Assembly: GCA_038087875.1 (NCBI GenBank)
Contig: JAXLNO010000191.1
Span: forward strand, 1 to 37,211
DNA from: Malacoraja senta
Lineage: Eukaryota
Direction of reading: 5' to 3'
Length of the DNA stretch: 37,211 nucleotides
Shown here: piece by piece, positions 33,363-37,211 of the stretch
Numbering within the stretch: position 1 is the first letter of the stretch
Layout: every line of letters starts with the position of its first letter
Program-made: the position numbers and the translations under genes
Notes under the pieces: generated by a model
Databases searched by the model: none
The model's input: the letters and a program-made list of their open reading frames with translations, nothing else
What the model was told of the DNA's origin: nothing

Positions 33363-34043
33363 GACAATAGACAATAGACAATAGACAATAGGTGCAGGAG
33401 TAGGCCATTCGGCCCTTCGAGCCAGCACCGCCATTCAAGGTGATCGTGGCTGATCATCCCCAATCAGTACCCCGTTCCTGCCTTCTCCCCATATCCCCTG
33501 ACTCCGCTATAACCATATAACCATAACAGCACGGAAACAGGCCATCTCGGCCCTTCAAGTCCGTGCCGAACATTTTTTTAAATTTTTTTTTTAAATTAAA
33601 AATAAATACTTCCCCCTAGTCCCATCTACCTACACTCAGACCATAACCCTCCATTCCTTTCCCGTCCATATACCCATCCAATCTATTTTTAAAGGATAAC
33701 ATCGAACCTGCCTCCACCACTTCCACTGGAAGCTCATTCCACACAGCTACCACTCTCTGAGTAAAGAAGTTCCCCTAATGTTCCCCCTAAACTTCTGTCC
33801 CTTAATTCTCGAGTCATGTCCCCTTGTTTGAATCTTCCCTACTCTCAATGGGAAAAGCTTATCCACGTCCACTCTGTCTAACCCGCTCATAATTTTAAAG
33901 ACCTCTGTCAAGTCCCCTCTTAACCTTCTGCGCTCCAAAGAATAAAGACCTTATCCTTAAGAGCCCTATCTAGCTCTCTCTTGAAAGCATCCAGAGAACC
34001 GGCCTCCACCGCCCTCTGAGGCAGAGAATTCCACAGACTCACA
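33363..34043 (-). mobile_element. Two nested CR1-like fragments
   Basis: Outer copy (33363-33510 + 33952-34043) split by a different subfamily (MERRRLRGDLTEVFKIMSGLDRVD, (aaccatat)n tail). Confidence 0.82.
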
Positions 34044-34354
34044 AGAAGGGTCGGGACCCTTCTTCTGACCCAACCTGAAATGCCGCCCACCTATTTTCTC
34101 CAGAGATGCTGCCTGACCTGCTGAGTTCCTCCAGCACCTTGTGTCTATCTTCGGTAAATTCCAGCATCTGCAGTTCCTTTCTGCACATGAACTAATACAT
34201 ATCCTTTCACTGTACCTCGGTTCACGTGACAATAACTGAAACGGAACCAAAACTAAGACATATATGTTCTTGTACCTTTCTACACATGACAGTCGCCTAA
34301 ACTGAACTAGAACATATTGTTACCAGTACCTGTGACAATAAGCTGGTGGTCCAG

Positions 34355-34926
34355 GCTCACGTGTGTCCATTCAAATACCCAAGCAGTTGTTCCAGGTGCG
34401 ACAGAGGTTCACCTGCACCTCCTCCAACCTGACATATCGCATCCGCTGCTCTAGGTCTCAGCTGCTCTACATCGGTGAGACCAAGCGTATTCTTGGCGAT
34501 CGTTTCGCCGAACACCTCCGCTCGGTTCACAATAACCAACCTGATCTCCCGGTGGCTCAGCACTTCAACTCCCCCTCCCATTCCGAATACGACCTTTCTG
34601 TCCTGGGCCTCCTCCATGTCCAGAGTGAGGACCACCGTAAAGTGGAGGAGCAGCACCTCATATTTCGCTTGGGCAGTTTATACCCCAGCGGCATGAACAT
34701 TGACTTCTCCGATTTCAGGTAGTCCCTGCTTTCTCCTCCCCTTCCCAGCTCTCCCTCAGCCCTCTGGCTCCTCCTGGTCCTTTCTTCTTCCCCCCCCCCC
34801 CCCCCCCCCACCCACCTCCCCATCCTACATCAGTCTGAAGAAGAGATTCGGCCCGAAACGTTGCCTATTTCCCTCGCTCCATAGATGCTGCCTCACCCGC
34901 TGAGTTCCTCCAGCATTTTTGTCTAC
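34355..34926 (+). mobile_element. Penelope-like retroelement 3' fragment with GIY-YIG endonuclease C-terminus
   Basis: ORF 34363-34722 ...FTCTSSNLTYRIRCSRSQLLYIGETKRILGDRFAEHLRSV...EEQHLIFRLGSLYPSGMNIDF*, then a C-rich UTR, a hammerhead-like core and the shared 3' terminal module. Confidence 0.9.
34832..34865 (+). ncRNA. Hammerhead-like motif in the Penelope 3' UTR (stem II mutated)
   Basis: agu-CUGAAGA-a-gagauucggccc-GAAAC-GUU-gcc, downstream of the GIY-YIG ORF. Confidence 0.55.
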
Positions 34927-34956
34927 TCACGTGTGACCTCCTCCCTATGTCCCCAG

Positions 34957-35179
34957 TGCATCACCAATAGCCACAGGGCGAGTGGCTACAACTCTTCCCT
35001 CGAGCTGCCTGACAACACCCTCAACTTTGTCAAGGAGCACCCGCTGATGGACGAGCTGGTGCAGCCGGTGGGCCGCCGACCGCTGCTCATACAGAAGGGG
35101 GTCCGGTACACACGGATGGTGGTGGATCAGGTGGTGTCGTGGGCCGGCACTCACTACACCGTGCTCTATATCGGGACAG
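34957..35179 (+). CDS. sema4c: Semaphorin-4C-like exon I
   Basis: ccccAG / GTcagt; 223 nt; CITNSHRASGYNSSLELPDNTLNFVKEHPLMDELVQPVGRRPLLIQKGVRYTRMVVDQVVSWAGTHYTVLYIGT. Confidence 0.97.
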
Positions 35180-35231
35180 GTCAGTCTCCCTCTCTGCCGG
35201 GGGTGGCAGGGTAGTTCAATCCGCCCCCAAA

Positions 35232-35570
35232 TGGGGCAGCGCGGTGGCGCAGGTGCAGTGTGGCTGCCTTGCAGCGCCAGAGACCCTGGTTCGATCCTGA
35301 CTAAGGGTGCAGTCTTGTACACTCTCCCGATGACAGTGTGGTTTTTTTTCAATGCGCCCCGCTTCCCCCTCCCCCCCCCACACTCCAAAGACTTTCGAGC
35401 TATTGAGTGATACAGCATGGGAACAGGCCCTTCGGCCCGACTAACAACTGCAGGTTTGTAGGTTAATTGGCTTGGTATAAGTGTTCATTGATAGTGCTAG
35501 TATACGGGGTGATCACAGGCCAGCACAGACTCGTTGGGCCAAAGGGCCTGTTTCCGTCCTGTATGACTCT
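35232..35570 (+). mobile_element. HE1-like V-SINE (diverged)
   Basis: A/B boxes, V-domain remnants, tail. Confidence 0.75.
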
Positions 35571-36359
35571 TATAACTACCAGATACCAGAACGTTGATCG
35601 GAAAGGTTTAGAGGGAATCGGCCTAACTGCAAGGAAATGAGACTAGGCTGGATGGGGCTCCTTGGATGGCAGGGGCGAGATGGGCCGAAGGGCCTGTTCC
35701 CATGCGGTGTGACTCAACAGCTCCAGATAAAATGTCACCAGAGGTGACTGCTGTGCCTTCAAAGGGTTCTTTGCCAAGGATTCCTTCCTCGAGAGGTGCA
35801 CGAACGAACGGCCAGTATTTATCTTTCCCAACGTCAACAGGGAGACAATGTTAAACAGGAAAGAAGAGTGCGGGGAGATTGCAGATGAAGTTTGCGTGTG
35901 GTTAGGCCCCGCTCCTTCACATCCCCCCTGTGGGAAAGTACATCCTCTTGAAACTGTGTGCAGCTAAATTTAGTTCAGGAACAGCACTGATGGTTTGCAG
36001 ACTGAGGTTTGAGTCACTTACAGCTGGGTTACTCATGAACAGTATTGTGGACAGATTCAAACCCTTGAGTTTTAGCATTGCTGAGATCCTTTGATAGCCG
36101 CATGCACTTGAAAGGCATGTGTTAATAATAACTTATTTTTATCTCGCTGCCTAGTTCAGTTTAATTTGGAGACACAGCATGGAAACAGGCCCTTTGGCCC
36201 ATCGATCACCCCTTCACACTAGTTCTACGCAATGCCACTTTCTCATCCACTCCTTGACGCTCAGATCTTCTGATGCAGCTGTTGTCCGACAGTGACCCCC
36301 CTCCCCCCACAATGAAAGAAAGAGTCCTAACTAAGGCCTGATCCTGCTGCTATCATGCT

Positions 36360-36658
36360 TGACGCAGCGGTAGAGTTGCTGCCTTACAGCTCCAGAGACC
36401 CAGGTTCCTTCCTGACTACATGTGCTCTCTGTAGGGGAGTTTGTACGTTCTCCCGGCGACCTTGTGGGTTTTGTCCGGGTGCCCTGGTTTCCTCCCACAC
36501 TCCCAAAGATGTACAGGTTTGTGGGTTAATTGGCTTGGTATAAATGTAAAAATTGTCCCTAGTGTGTGTGTAGGATAGTGTTAATGGGTGATTGCTGGTT
36601 GGCATGGACTCGGTGGGCCGAAGGGCCTGTTTCTGCACTGTATCTCTAAAGTCTAAAG
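36360..36658 (+). mobile_element. HE1-like V-SINE
   Basis: V-domain and tail. Confidence 0.85.
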
Positions 36659-36864
36659 TGGATTTATGTCCTGGTTAGACACAGAAAGCTGGGGAAAAGG
36701 AATAGGTGACGTATAGGGTCGAGACACTTCTTTAGACCAGAGCTGACCCAACCCAACCCAAAACATCACCTATTCCTTTTCCCCAGAGATGCTGCCTGAC
36801 CCGCTGATTCCTCCAGCTGTTTGTGTCTGTCTTCGGTTTAAACCAGCATCTGCCGTTCCTTCCT

Positions 36865-37211
36865 GCAGTTGTACAGGGCTCTGGTGAGACCACATCTGGA
36901 GTATTGTGTACAGTTTTGGTCATCCTAATTTGAGGAAGGACATCCTTGTGATTGAGGCAGTGCAGCGAAGGTTCACGAGATTGATCCCTGGGATGGCGGG
37001 ACCGTCGTATGAGGAAAGATTGAAAAGACTAGGCTTGTATTCACTGGAGTTTAGAAGGATGAGGGGGAATCTTATAGAAACATATAAAATTATAAAAGGA
37101 CTGGACAAGCTAGATGCAGGAAAAATGTTCCCAATGTTGGGCGAGTCCAGAACCAGGGGCCACAGTCTTAGAATAGAGGGGAGGCCATTTAAGACTGAGG
37201 TGAGTAAAAAC
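36865..37211 (+). mobile_element. CR1-like LINE fragment running off the window end
   Basis: cagttgtacagggctctggtgagaccacatctggagtattgtgtacagttttgg (QLYRALVRPHLEYCVQFW). Confidence 0.88.

Noticed and set aside
35180..37211. Next sema4c exon (expected GWLxKA-like motif)
   Set aside because: Not found; the region holds SINE, CR1 and Penelope pieces plus unassigned sequence

Overview
Eukaryotic genomic DNA, most likely from a cartilaginous fish (skate or ray), inferred from its HE1-like V-SINE and CR1/HER1 repeat content. The window holds nine consecutive internal coding exons (+ strand, 6246-35179, 1224 nt, 408 codons) of a class-4 semaphorin that most resembles SEMA4C. All introns are GT-AG with compatible phases. 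The signal-peptide exon and the PSI/Ig/TM exons were not found and probably lie outside the window. The introns are almost entirely nested transposon debris: tRNA-derived V-SINEs; CR1, L2 and Rex1/Babar LINE 3' fragments; Penelope-like (GIY-YIG) fragments; six PIF/Harbinger-type MITEs sharing one TIR; one hAT-type MITE; and three minisatellites. The most notable signals are: (i) about 15 copies of a minimal hammerhead-ribozyme core carried by short, often fold-back, Penelope-derived elements inside the pre-mRNA; (ii) two sema4c splice acceptors whose branch/pyrimidine region comes from LINE insertions; (iii) a hAT MITE carrying Harbinger-MITE-like cargo. Repeat boundaries were read by eye and are approximate. 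Family names come from motif recognition, not database searches.
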